64,000 nucleotides of DNA from Chiloscyllium plagiosum (taxonomy: Eukaryota). The notes below the pieces were generated by a model, which searched no databases, was not told where the DNA came from, and was given only the letters and a program-made list of their open reading frames with translations. Where the stretch lies: the NCBI RefSeq assembly GCF_004010195.1, contig NC_057753.1, positions 1,002,330 to 1,066,329 on the forward strand. The letters run 5' to 3'. Below, piece after piece: positions 1 through 13,437 of the stretch. The stretch's first letter is position 1; the number at the start of each line of letters is the position of its first letter. The position numbers and the translations under genes were made by a program.

Positions 1-417
1 AATAGCTTACGAGGGAGGCGTGCAAAGGAGTGTTCTGAAATTTCTACATGACCATGAACGCCTACACCAGTGGTCAGGTGTGAGTTAGCACACCCAGGTA
101 ACCTGTTTTGGTGAAAATATGCATCTGACCCACTGTTCGTAAATGTGATGAAATTTTGAACATTGAGCATTTGTCGCTGTTTTATGATGTGAGATACTTA
201 TTCTCAGTAAATAGCATCTCCGACTGCGACACTCTGCTTTGCTCTCCGATGTGACATTTTTCCATGCTGTTGAGCATATCTGTGCGTGGATTGATCTGTT
301 CAATGTGGTGTGATATCTGTTCGTGCTGCATTGGTAACTGGACGGCTGATCTTCAATTGTCTGTTCTGTGTATCCGTACATTAGGCTCTCACTGAGTGGG
401 AATATATCTATAATATG

Positions 418-1530
418 GTACATTTATATCAGTAAGGCTTTTCAAAATGTTCCTTACGGCAGGCTATTAAACAAAATACATGGCATGGGATTGAGGGTAA
501 TTTAGCGGTTTTGATCTGGAATTGAAAAAAACAGAGAGTGGTGGTTGATGGGAAATATTCACTATTTACTAGTGGTGTTCGCAAGGATCTGTTTTAGGTC
601 CACCGCTGTTTGTCATGTTTATAAATTACCTGGATGAGGACATAGAAGGATTGGTTCACAAATTTTCAGATAGACCAAGGTTGGTAGAGTTGTGGATAGT
701 GAGGAATGATGTTGGAGTTTCCAGAGGGACATGGATAAGCTGCACAGCTGTATTGAGAGGTGGCAAATGGAGTTTAATGCAGCAAAGTGTGAGGTGATTC
801 ACTTTGGAAAGAGTAACAGGAATATAGAGTACTAGGCTAATTGTAAGATTCTTGGTAGTGTAGAAAAGCTGAAAGCTCTTGGTGTGCATGTACATAGATC
901 GTTGAAAGTTGCCACACAGTTTGATAGGTTTGATAAGAAGGCATACGGTGTATTAGCTTTTATTGGAAGAGGGACTGAGTTTCAGAACAATTAGGTCGTG
1001 CAGCAGCTGTGCAAAACTCTTGTGCAGCCACACTTGGATTGCGTACAGTTCTTTTCTTCGAATTATGAGAAGGATGTAGAAGCTTTGGAAAGGGTTCAGA
1101 GGAGATTTACAAGGATGTGTCCTGGTCTGGAGGGAAGGTCTTAATCGGAAAGGTTCAGGGATGGGATTTGAGGCTGTTTTTGTTGTAGAGAAGAAGTTTG
1201 AGAGGTGTCTTAATTGAGACATATAAAATAAAGAGGGTTACGTAGGGTGGACAATGAGATGGCGATGGCTAGCACTAGGAGACGTAGATTTAAATTGAGG
1301 AGTGCAATACAAAGAAAAGATATCAGAGGTAGTTACTTTACTCAGAGAGTAGTAGGGGCGCGGAACAAAATGTCTTCAACAGTAGTAAACTCTCCAAATT
1401 TAAGGGTATTTAAATGGTCATTGGATAGGCACTTCGAAGAGACTGGAACAGGATAGTTTAGATGGGCTCCAGATGGCTTTCATCAGGTCGGCTGAAGGGC
1501 CTGTGATACACTGTAATGTTCTATGTTCTC
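418..1530 (+). mobile_element. CR1-type LINE, 5'-truncated and degenerate (RT C-terminus plus 3' UTR)
   Basis: Fragments FINYLDEDIEGLVHKFSD and FTQRVVGARN; ends in a tgttctatgttct tail. Confidence 0.9.
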
Positions 1531-2769
1531 CGTTCTCTGCAGTATTTGGTTGTGCATTGGCTGTTTCGTTAAACGGGAGAAACACAGTGCTGTATAATAT
1601 CCTGCTCGTGCATACTGATAGTGGTTTCAGTAACTCGAGTGGATTCCTCAGGTCATGTTACGGGGTGTCTACCCATGTTTGGCATTACCTGTGAATTGAA
1701 GAATGATGCTGCGACTGAAATGGACTCTGTACATGCATAATCTTGTATGATTCGATGACAATACAAATTGCTAAGCATTTGTATGTGGCGTCTGTTCTCG
1801 TTTATTGAGGTATTTGTGACATTACGTGCTGGTTCATTTGTGAACTGTGTAAGCGGCCATGCTATGTCAGCGATTTGAAGCGTTAGTTTTGAATCAGATA
1901 GTACCACAATTGCAGTTCTATCTACCTTTCAAGTTCTCAATCGAGTTCAACAGTGCCGAAATATCTGCTTGCCTTCTTAATCCATCATTTTCCATCTTCT
2001 GCTCCTCGGTAACTCGATGCCAACTCACTCAAATCACTGAAGTTCTGTTATCAATTGCACATGAGTAAATTAAAATGATTTTTTTTAGTTGAGATGGATT
2101 ACAGTTTCATCTGAGAATACAGAGCAGATCTGTTCAAACTGAAATGGCAGTGATAGACTAAACCCTGGATGTGAGCTTCGAATTCATTCTGTGAAACGGT
2201 TTATTCTGTGACATGATCATGATTGTTTTGGATAAAAAATCCAACTGCCTGAATGCATTATCATTACTGATTTCTCCGCATTAACTATACTCGTGTGAAT
2301 TCAAGATTTATTGATGACGGATATTATACTAGCATTGACTAAGATTTAATTAATTTGAAGAAAACACAGAGTGAGTCTAAATGGAATACATAAACTATCA
2401 TTCTATTATTGGACGATTATTAAAGGCAAGGTATTATAAGGAACAACATTTGTGCAGTCGTTATTCATAAGCTGTGTCAATGATTATGAGGACACAATGC
2501 AAGATATCCAGCATTGTGAGTGGCACGTAACTATGTGGGTTCTGATGAGAATGCCAGGAGGCGCCAAGCTGATACAGACTGACCGATCCCTGGGCAAAAA
2601 GAGCGCAGACGTTTTTTTTTGGAGATGAAGTACGAGGTTATCCACTTTGTCATGACGATCTTCGATGAGGATTATCTCTGTCAAGCCAAGAGAATGGGAA
2701 ATGTTGGTGCTGAATGGGATTTGTACACTAGATTAGATTAATTATTGAAATCTAACAAATGCAAGAAAG

Positions 2770-3020
2770 AGATGGAGTGCTTAGAGGGATGGTGTAAAGA
2801 CAGCCCAGTCCATAACGTAAACCAGCCATCCATCCACTGAATCCATGTATACTTCTCCTTGCCTTGGGAAAGCAAACAGTATAATCAAAGAACGCTCTCA
2901 CCCCTGCTACTTTTTCTTGCACCCTTTTCCATAAGACTGAATATATGAAAGTTTTCATACATGTGCGAATAGATTCAAGAACAGCTTCTTCCCTGCTCCT
3001 ATTAAATTCCTGAATGCAAT
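2770..3020 (+). mobile_element. Rex1/Babar-like LINE 3' fragment
   Basis: Degenerate KANSIIK..SHP… and NRFKNSFFPA (tagattcaagaacagcttcttccctgct), typical of the Rex1/Babar ORF C-terminus. Confidence 0.6.
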
Positions 3021-3049
3021 TCTCAAATTACACGATAATTTGTCTTTAC

Positions 3050-4660
3050 AGTGGACGGAGTTAATGCAGACAAGGTAACTTAAAAGGATCCAGTATATAT
3101 TAGATGAAATAATAATGGCATTGAAAGTAATGGACAGACAAATCTCCTTGGAAGTTCAAAAACAATTCGTGGGAACAGGAAGCCAGTGATGAAATAATAG
3201 ATGCTCAGAGGATCATTTGCGAAATCTCACGAGATGCATGTGAGTTACCAGAGAAGTGTAACAAAGAGTACAATTATTCCAGCTTCGAAAATATTTTAAT
3301 AGTGGACCAGAAAGCTGGAGGCCAGTTAGTCTGCACTCCATGAAGGGCAATTTACGGGAAACCATAATTAGATATTAGATGAAATGTTCCTCAGAAGGGG
3401 ATGGACTAATCAGTGAAAGTCAGTGTGAATTCGTGAAGTGAACATCGTGTATTACGAAGTTCATTGATTTTTATTGGTGTGAAAGAATCAAGTGGATTCA
3501 TGGGGATAGTACTGTGGCTAACGTCTAAATGGATATAATGAGGAATTTGACGAGGTCAAACGTGGAAGACAGGTCAGAAAAATAAAGCCTATAGAATGCT
3601 AGGGAATGTGGCAAGTTTGGATACAAACAATGTCACCAACAGCAAGCAATGTTTAATACTAGGAAATGTTTTGTTTCTTTGTTTTGGCTATCTCCAATGT
3701 TGCTGAAAATGTGTTGCTGGAAAAGCGCAGCAGGTCAGGCAGCATCCAAGGAACAGGAGAATCGACGTTTCGGGCATAAGCCCTTCCTGAAGATCTCCAG
3801 CATCTACAGTCCTCACTTTCTCCTATCTCCAATGTTGCATGGCTTCGTATTGTATCTTTCGCATTTTGAGGTGTACATTAATGAATTAGAGTTTAATGCA
3901 AACGTTTTGAACTGGTTTGCACTGATGACATAAAGGTGGTGGTGTCCTTTATACTAATGATATCGGCTATCGAAGGCAGCTTTATATTAATATTTCAATT
4001 CTGTCGTTGAAATATGATAATTTGATTACAGTCTGTAAGTGGGAATTTATAAAGCGTAGAAAATGTTAAAAACTTTGGATTTTACGTTCACAGGTCCGTG
4101 ATTGTTGGATAATAGGAAATGAACTGTTTTAAAAAAAGATATGAGTGAACCATTGAGATGTTTACTTTTTATTATTGAAAAGTTGAATACAAAACAGGTG
4201 CAACGCTTTAACTATGTGGGGTTTTTTTTGTTAAATCATTGCAGCGGTTTTGTGTCGAGTTCAGTTCACCATATTTTTGGAAAGCCAAAATTGTTCAAAA
4301 TTGAGCATAATAAGTTCAATAAAAATGTTGTCAGTACTAGTATGGGCAACGAAGTCGTGTTATTATTGTGGTGAGCTAGTGGTAATTACGTTAACATAAT
4401 AGAGATTAGTGAAGTAAATTTCTTATAGTTGCATTGTATAATTAGTAAAAGATAACTGACTGTGATTTAATCAAATAGTCCCTCGCAGGGCGACATGGGA
4501 ACCAAGGGAAAGAAAAAGCATGCCCACCCAATGGTAGGGGCTGTCTGGAACTTGCTTCCTGGTTTAATGTTTGAGACAGAAATCCTCTACTTATATGTAT
4601 CCAGTTTGGATGTGCACCTGAAGTGTTGTAACCTGCATTGATTTTGTATGGTTCTGTAGT
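3050..4660 (+). mobile_element. Old, highly decayed CR1-type LINE RT region
   Basis: Decayed versions of the RPVSL, SQHGFVKG.SC.T.LIEF, YINEL and 3'-end motifs seen in the younger CR1 copies in this window. Confidence 0.7.
3704..3823 (-). mobile_element. Short Penelope-derived insertion with target-site duplication
   Basis: Same sequence family as 15780-15980 and 49752-49956; flanked by the direct repeat ctatctccaatgttgc. Confidence 0.8.
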
Positions 4661-5579
4661 TCTACAAGGTTTTATTCATATACTTGACCACAACATGATC
4701 GTGATGTCGGTCTCTTCAAACCTTTCAAGGGAACTTCGTCTGTGGGAACTGTTTCGGCATTGAAATGAATTATTTTGGATAAAATTATCAGTCAGTTGAA
4801 GAAATGTGTATTAATTACAGAAATGAAGTCATGATTCAAAATGGTGGGGGGTGGGGGAGTGGGGAAGACATTGAGATAACTTGATTGTTATTTTGATGAG
4901 GTAACAAAGTGAGTCCATGAATATTGACTTGTTGCCATGAAATTACAAGAGGAAGAGAAACAATATTTCTCTACGATTGTAAAGTCACAGAATACAAAGA
5001 AAATTGTAAAGCATGGTAGGACATTATATAAATGACAGAGAATGACAGAGAATATCTGTGCACTTCTGACCCTAGTGATGCTCCGTTGCACATAAGCCTT
5101 CAATGACACAAACAGCCTTCTACATTGTCCATTGTGTCCTATTAGTGAGCCAGTTTCTGATCTAACAAGTTTCTACCAAGTCCATGTGTTTTAACCTTCT
5201 CAAAGAATCTCCAGTATGTGTTTTTTTCAAAAACTTTGCTACAATCCATATATATATGCCATCAACTAAACTCACGTTGTCCACACACTTTATAACTTTT
5301 TCAAAAAATTGTAACCGTTATGTGAGGCATAACGTCTCTCTGACAAAGCCATGCTTACTATTCTCTGACTTCTATTGCCTGTTCTTACAGCCATGTAATC
5401 TACTCTGTCGTGAGCAGCCCATGATAAATCATCAAATCCATTATTTAAATTCACTCAGTTTCACGACGAATGTATCACATATCTCACGATTGCCAATGCC
5501 ATGATATTACAAGACATTGATCCAGACCTTTTTTTTCAACGTGATTAATTTTAGAAAAATATTCATTCATTAATTGCAG

Positions 5580-5737
5580 ATACCCCTGACATAATTGAAT
5601 ACCCAGAAGACAATGGCATCGAAGAAAAGGAACGAGAAAATATCAATGGACATGTCAACGGTTCATTATCGATTATGACATTCATCATCCTGTTTATTCT
5701 CAGTACGCTGTACAGCACATTTGTAACTGTGCTTAAG
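5580..5737 (+). CDS. IgNAR: Immunoglobulin heavy-chain transmembrane exon TM1, probably IgNAR (V/C exons would lie upstream of the window)
   Basis: Acceptor taattgcag|AT (phase 1) and donor AAG|gtaata. The 158-nt open exon reads (D)TPDIIEYPEDNGIEEKERENINGHVNGSLSIMTFIILFILSTLYSTFVTVLK: an acidic membrane-proximal spacer plus the antigen-receptor TM motif TF..LF.LS..YS..VT..K. The IgNAR class is inferred from the adjacent IgNAR C4/C5 pseudo-exons; IgW is not strictly excluded. Confidence 0.9.
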
Positions 5738-6439
5738 GTAATAACAGATTTTAATAGCAATATGCCATTCTGCATGTCCACGGCATGCACAGCTGAGATG
5801 CTGCCAAGCTGCACAGAGTAATGCATATATATTACTGAAAAATAGTAAATCCGATACAAAAGAACGACATTGAATGTGTATGTTTAAAGTGCGTCTTTAA
5901 TAAACGTCCTCAACTGGTTGCTTGTACAGAGGAATGCAAGCACATATGAAAAGATGTGTAATGAAGGATCTAAAATATGAAATAGTGCTTAATTGGCAGC
6001 GTCGACTCATAAAAGGACAGAAAATGGTTTAATAGAAAAGTCTTACTTCATACTGATTGGTCATAAGCTAGATGGGGGCTATATATTAAGACCTGAGATT
6101 ATTAAGATAAAAGAATAATTCGGAAGAAGTTGAAAGCTAATTGTTTCAAATAATTCGGCATCTCCATGAAGGAATGAGGAAAACATCAGTTAATGAAGGA
6201 TCAGTGACAGATCACTATGAAAAGATGGGAAAAAACATGGGTATGAGTGGCGACTTGACTTGTGACGCGCACGTTTCTTCCAAGATTTTGCAGGATAGAT
6301 GCAAACAGATATAAAACTCACACAACACCATAATATAATCTAAAAAATTTAGTTGGAAGCAGTCGATTTCAGAGTGCTATAACCTCATCAGGACCTTCAT
6401 AGGAACAGCAGAAAGAGAGTTTTTCCTGGTGGTAGAGTT

Positions 6440-7070
6440 ATACAGTCACAGAACACATAAGAGGAACTTGGAGCTGTTGAGTTTGCGCCGACCTAACTAC
6501 TCTAATCCCACATTCCAACATTTGTGTTGAATGTTATGATACTTGAAGTTCTCACCCAAGTTCACTATTAAATATTATAAAGGTTCTCACTTTTACTAAC
6601 CGCCGAGGCAGTTCACTCCATAGGCCTACTAACTACTGTCTGGCTGAAGAAATATTTTATAAAATTCATTCTAATATTTCATAAAATTCATTCTAACACA
6701 CCTGCCCTTCATTTTCAATTATGTCCCTTCCTTACTGAACCTTTAACTAGAGGAAAAAACAGTTTCCCATGTACCCTGTCCATGCCGCTTGTAGTCACAG
6801 ACATCTCAATCATACCCCGCATCTGTTTTCACTGTTAGAAAGAAAACCACCAGGATGCACGTAGTATCGGTTCAACTCTTCAGCTCTGCCTAATTTTCTT
6901 CAAACTGCCTCCACTTCAAAAATGTCATTCCTCCAATATTGCAAACAGGACGACACAAGTAATCCAGCTGTGGCCTAAACAAAGTTGTGTATAGCTCCAA
7001 CATAACCGCCCTGGTCTTACATCTATACAATACGTACTGAAAAAGGCAAGTTTCCGGAATGCCTGCTTAA
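6440..7070 (-). mobile_element. CR1-type LINE 3' fragment, antisense, in the TM1-TM2 intron
   Basis: The reverse complement matches the LY..LVRP.L.YCV and FFSQ.VV 3'-end region of the other CR1 copies. Confidence 0.7.
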
Positions 7071-7199
7071 AGAAAGAAATGACCCTCGATATCCACATAA
7101 TTTTGACGAGGCAACTGCAATATCTCCAGCAACATTTATGTAAGGAAATGGTTCATCACATCACTCCCTAATATGTTAACACTAATTAACGCTATTATA

Positions 7200-8938
7200 T
7201 CTCATACGAAAACGAGGGTAGGTCCGATCAAGGATAGTAGTGGGAAACTGTGCATTGAGTCGGAAGAGATAGGAGAGGTCTTGAATGAGTACTTTTCTTC
7301 GGTATTTACGAACGAGAGGGACCGTATTGTTGAAGAGGAGAGTGTGAAACGGACTGGTAAGCTAGAGGAGATACTTGTAAGGAAGGAAGATGTGTTGGAC
7401 ATTTTGAACAACTTGAGGATAGACAATTCCCCCGGGCCTGACGAGATATATCCTAGGATTATGTGGGAAGCAAGAGAGGAAATTGCAGTACCATTGGCAA
7501 TGATCGTTTCGTCTTCACTGTCAACGGGTGTCGTACCAGGGGACTGGAGAGTGGCGAATGTTGTGCCCCTGTTCAAAAAAGGGAATAGGGATAACCCCGG
7601 GAATTACAGGCCAGTTAGTCTTACTTCTGTGGTAGGCAAAGTAATGGAAAGGGTACTGAGGGATAGGATTTATGAGTATCTGGAAAGACACTGCTTGATT
7701 AGGGACAGCCAGCACGGATTTGCGAAGGGTAGGTCTTGCCTTACAAATCTTATTGAATTCTTTGAGGAGGTGACCAATCATGTGGATGAGGGTCGAGCAG
7801 TGGATGTCTTGTACATGGATTTAGTAAGGCATTTGATATGGTTCCCCATGGTAGGCTTATGTGGAAAGTCAGGAGGCATGGGATAGAGGGAAATTTGGCC
7901 AATTGGATAGAAAAACGGCTAACCGGTCGAAGTCAGAGAGTTGTAGTAGATGGTAAATATTAAGCCTGGAGCCCAGTTACAAGTGGAGTTCCACAGGGAT
8001 CAGTTCTGGGTCCTCTGCTGTTTGTAATTTTTATTAATGACTTGGATGAGGGAGTCGAAGGGTGGGTCAGTAAATTTGCAGATGATACGACGATTGGTGG
8101 AGTTGTGGATAGTGAGGAGGGCTGTTGTCGGCTGCAAAGAGACTTAGATATGATGCAGAGCTGGGCTGAGGAGTGGCAGATAGAGTTCAACCCTGCCAAG
8201 TGTGAGGTTGTCCATTTTGGAAAGACAAATAAGAATGCGGAATACAGGGTTAATGGTAGGGTTCTTAGTGAGGTGGAGGGAGAGGGATCTTGGGGTCTAT
8301 GTTCATAGGTCTTTGAAAGTTGCCACTCAGGTGGATAGAGCTTGTAAGGAGGCCTATGGTGTATTAGCGTTCATTAGCAGAGGGATTTAATTCAAGAGTC
8401 GTGAAGTGATGTTGCAACTGTACAGGACTTTGGTTAGGCCACATTTGGAGTACTGTGTGCAGTTCTGGTCGCCTCACTTTAGGAAAAATGTGGAAGCTTT
8501 GGAGAGGGTGCAGAGAAGATTTACCAGGATGTTGCCTGGAATGGAGAATAGGTCGTACGAGGATAGGTCTTTTCTGGTTGGAACGGCGAAGGATGAGGGG
8601 TGACTTGATAGAGGTTTATAAGATGATCAGAGGAATAGATAGAGTAGACAGTCAGAAACTGTTTCCCCGGGTAGAACAGAGTGTTACAAGGGGACATAAA
8701 TTTAAGGTGAATGGTGGAAGGTATAGGGGAGATGTTAGTGGTGGGTTCTTTACCCAGAGAGTGGTTGTGGCATGGAATGCGCTGCCTGTGGGAGTGGTAG
8801 TCAGAATCATTGGTGACCTTTAAGCGGCAATTGGATAGGTACATGGATGGGTGCTTAAGCTAGGACAAATGTTCGGCACAACATCGTGGGCCGAAGGGCC
8901 TGTTCTGTGCTGTATTGTTCTATGTTCTATGTTCTATG
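7200..8938 (+). mobile_element. Young 5'-truncated CR1-type LINE (reverse transcriptase) in the TM1-TM2 intron
   Basis: ORFs 7173-7886, 8042-8308 and 8406-8823 contain PGNYRPVSLTSVVGK, SQHGFAKGRSCLTNLIEF, KFADDT and LVRPHLEYCVQFWSP. Few frameshifts; (ttctatg)n tail. Confidence 0.97.
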
Positions 8939-10416
8939 TCTGTACTCTGTGACCATCGTCATCATTATCACCATTAGATAATGATGATAGAGTTACCAGT
9001 TCAACAAATCTGTTTCATATATCTCAAGAATTATCTTGTTTCACTGCATTTCTCTCAGAGCTAATTTTAGCCAACTTGAGTAATTCACCTTTAAGAGAAA
9101 TTCACCATGATCACTGCAACCAATTAGCATCTATTTGATGTTATGACGTCATTCTGGTGACTCTGTGATATGCAGACTCTATGAGCAATAAATTCTTCTT
9201 GCTCTGTATGGCCTCTGCAACTGAACACAAAGTCAATTATTCAACGTAACTATAATAGGATATCAAGCTCTTTGTGCCCCACACACGGGCTTGACTTAGA
9301 AATCTGCAATCTATCAATCAAAAATAAACAAATACAGAAGTTCTGCAGAAAGGTCACTGCAGCTACAACGTTCAATCTGCTTTCTCTTCACAGATGCTGC
9401 CACATCCACTGTGTTTTTCCATAAATTTCTATTTTTGTTTACGATTTGCTGTACCCACCGACCTTTAGATTTTCTGATTGATGAAAATGTTTTGTCTGAG
9501 AAAAAAATGAGTTCCTGTATTACAGCTGACAAAAAGGTGAAGATCTCATTTCATAGGCCCCCCAATAAAATAGAGAAGAGTTTTCATAGACTTTTTTTTT
9601 AATTTTCAAAGTGTATTTAACAGCCTTATTACGCATATTTAATTAAATTTTTATCTCTTGTGTTTTAAGTAACACACAGTGACCTAGGTGTCGTCATTCC
9701 ATTTATTCAGCTTTGCTCTAATATTGAAAACGGGTTCTCCTGGAATTTCCCACTCGAATTTGCGAAATGTGATTCTCAACATTCTGTCGTTAAACGCAAT
9801 TGGGGTGCTTTAACATCTTTTTTCAATTAGCTGGTCTTGAAACATATTATTGCTCCAGCATTACTGCACCAGTGGTCACGTTGTCAACTGCAATCTCTGT
9901 TTTCAGTTCGGCCATTTCAAGTTGCAGGCAAGATGATGATGTCGAGTGAAAACTAATTAAATTAATTTGATAACAAGAAATCATAATTTGCTAATGTTTT
10001 CAAATCAAATTTGATCTGTCTTCATTAGCTGTAAACAACTTTATATTTGCCTACACGGGCCTTAATCTACCTTTATTTCTTTGTACTCGGTTCATTTACT
10101 AAATTGCTAGAGCATTTTTCTGTGTAGCATTTGATATGTTACTGAAAGTAACATTCTCTGAAAACATTAATCTATGCTCCAATTGTTTCTTTCTCTTCCA
10201 AGTCCAAATTGCTGTTATCGTTTGCATTCTTCAAGAAATGCCGAGCCACATTTCAGGTTGCCTGTGCATGGGCTATTGTCGATCGTTTCCTGATCATAAA
10301 CTTGACCTCCCAATTTCATAACTGTAGTGTGCTATTTGGGTTTGTGTCTGCTTCAGAATGTTAAATGCTTTAATACTTTTCAAATTTCGTTATTATCATG
10401 CTTTTGCTCGCTGCAG

Positions 10417-10425
10417 GTGAACTGA
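10417..10425 (+). CDS. IgNAR: Ig heavy-chain TM2 exon coding part (VN*), followed by 3' UTR
   Basis: cttttgctcgctgcag|GTG AAC TGA. A phase-0 join to TM1 gives the cytoplasmic tail KVN, analogous to the IgM KVK tail. Candidate polyA signals: ATTAAA 10708-10713, AATAAA 11033-11038 and 11199-11204. Confidence 0.8.
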   Translation: MN

Positions 10426-13400
10426 CCATCACTGCTGAAAACAATTACATTTGATTTCATTGAAAGCATGTGAATGAAGCTCCATCAGATGCTCACTGCA
10501 AATTGCATTGAATTGACGTCTTGCTCTCAACCGTATTAGCTGCTCCACGCAAAACTTCAACGTGTATTCCCATGTCGTCTCAACTAAGGAGTGAGAACTG
10601 TTGCACGTTTTCAGTCATTAACGTTTGGCTTCACGCTTTCTTTTTTAAGTGTTGTTGTTAGAGCAATTCCATGTAACTTCTACACATTGAAGAAATCACA
10701 CTTTCCAATTAAATAAGCTGAAGACAAGTCTTTGAAAGTTGCCAATTGCCGGTAACATTTTGAAACAGTGAAAGTGTACTTTACGTAACTCAGTTGTTAG
10801 AGATAAGTTCAATACATCTTCGAGATGAGTAACCAGAGAAGCTGTCCAAGCAGACACACGGGCAAGCATAGAATGCTTACCCAAGAGCATTAGATAGATG
10901 ACGGTCCATTGATTTAACAGAATGTCGAGTCATTACGACAGATACAAAAAGATCATTATCCAAAAATTATGTTGGAAAAGACTTGGAAACAAACGTACAA
11001 ACATGAATATTTATATCCTGACTATTGCCATTAATAAATTGAAAGCACAAGCCGGGATCTCCTCTGTTCAGCATTTCTATGTGTACAATACTCAGGCTGT
11101 CAGTGCTGAATGTGAGTTATCGCCTCGTTTGCTAGAACTAAGGAAATGTTTGAGAAAATCTTCAGCATGTTTCGAGATACGGAACCCAGAGAACACTTAA
11201 TAAAACGTCGTGAGTGTAGCATCCAATTTGATGCAACCTTGACTCAGTCCCATCATTTTAACTTCTCGTAGAAATCTCATGACTACTGTGCACTCACATT
11301 ACTATCCTTAACAACACATATGTGGAAATATGTTGCAAATATGATTCCTTCTTTCAAATCGTGGTTACGAATTCCCAGAAAGATTATTGTTAGGAGATAA
11401 TAGCCGTTCTACATCAATTTCACGAACTGCTAATTTCTAACATGTTATAATATGATTCGTTCTTTCTCTCGACTAACAAAGGCAAAACAAGTCAAACCGA
11501 CACCAGATACCTTGTAACATCACAGTTAACATTCAATTTACTTACATTTCTGCTGTTTATTTTGCTGAAAACCTTCTGATTGGTAATGAAAGTGTTTATG
11601 TATAAGACAATAATTGTCGTTTTGAGTGGGTAAGGGATTCATTCTTGAAATGTATGAGTCATTCAAACTCTTGTAACATCTCCAGTACCTTCACTTTATT
11701 CCCATATGTGTTTCTGGGCTTCTGAATTAACTGTTTTTATGAAACTGTAATTCTTGCGATTTTCAAAAAAAATTAATAGGGTGTCAGAAACAGTAGAAAC
11801 TTGCACGCAGTTCCATAAACTGTGAAAATGTAACACTGCCAGCAATAGATGTGACTGTTGCATTCCCATTTAGGTATTGCCTTTATATTCTGTCAAAGCA
11901 GAGATGTGAAATATACTTGCTACTATCTGCTCTATATTGCCTTTCATTTATGTTTTGCTGAAATGCTGGCCTTAAATCTAACACATGTTTTCAAAACGCA
12001 ATTTAATTAAGTTCATTCCAATGACTATGTCAGTATTCACTTCATGAATGATTTTACTTTTGCAAATAAAATCAAATCGATCAATTTTTCAATAAGCAAC
12101 CGGCGTTCAGAGTTCTATTCATTACTTTCAATGTTTCCTGGCCGTTATAGACGTCAGATTGAATCGAAACTTATTCCTGTGACGTTGGCAGCATTGGCAC
12201 AACCAGATCTTATTGCCCATCTACAATTCCTCTTCACGAGATTTGTTTTTTTTTTTGGCTGCTGCAATCTCTGTTACATCGGTGACTGCACAAAGCATAT
12301 CAGGATGATAAGTGAATTGAAGGGGAATTGACAAGCGCTTGTTGATTGCATGCAACGCATGACCTTATACTTCCAGAGAGTGGAGGAACGTGGTTCGAAA
12401 TTTATCATACAACAAAGAAGAGGGATAAGAAGTTATTGAATTATTGTCAGCCATCAATGATATCTAGTCTTCATTTCTTCATTCTTCATGGAAGACAGAC
12501 ATTATCACAACTACCTGTATTAAATTGGAAGCTCTATGCACTAAGGAATGTATCAATTATTGAAAAATGATGAGCAGATCTTGATACCTTGGCACTGCAT
12601 ATTGCTGATCGTGCTAATTATTTATTAGACTTTTTATGAATGCAATTGCGCTTATCATTGAGAGAGGGCTGGGGTTTTAAATTCTGCAGTGGGTAATTCC
12701 TGACATCCCAAAGTTGAAGGGTCAGATCAATGAATTTGGCCGCAGCTGAGATACCACTATTACCTGGACAGTATTTAAAATTATTTTTTACAATGTCTCT
12801 CAAACCGTCTTATAAGATGTCACCACAAAATGTTACTGTAATTAGCCACATTGTCAATTTTCAGTGGCCTTAGACAAATCATCAATTTTCAGCTGTGCAT
12901 CTTACAATAACACGAAAGGCTGAGAGTCTAAGGATTTCTTGGCATCATTAAGTAGCTCATTCTTCATGCAATCCCTTGCTCCATTATGTCTGTAGTTTAA
13001 AGGCAAGCGTCACGTTAGCTGCTTTCATCGTCCTAAAGTTTGCAACAATATCTTCATTTCATGCATTTCCAGTACATTGCAAAACCGTTAGGGTTGAAGC
13101 ATTTACAGATGGAAAATGGTATCAGCCTAAAAACTCAAATCTGTGTCAATAATTTACAATAGTGATTGGCTATGCATTCATTCACATATCATCAATGTTG
13201 CAGGAACAGTTCAAAGTGAACTGTATATTTCATTCATTATATTTCATGTGAACAAAATTGTCAGCGTTACACATGAAATGCTTTCACTACCTATAACATT
13301 CTAGAGGAATATAGGCTCAACTGACATAACATTGGGATTCGGAGATGTTAGGTTAATACCTTACGCAGTCCAAGAACATATGTGCAAAACAACTGAATGG

Positions 13401-13429
13401 ATAACATTAATTTTAATAGTGTGAAAACA

Positions 13430-13437
13430 ATGCAAAT
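13430..13437 (+). promoter_or_regulatory. Octamer motif ATGCAAAT in unique sequence 3 kb downstream of TM2
   Basis: Exact consensus match; function is only inferred from position. Confidence 0.3.

Noticed and set aside
1583-1625. Isolated CACAGTG/CACTGTG heptamers (also ~9675, ~29289, ~48207 and in SINE heads)
   Set aside because: No nonamer at 12 or 22/23 spacing.
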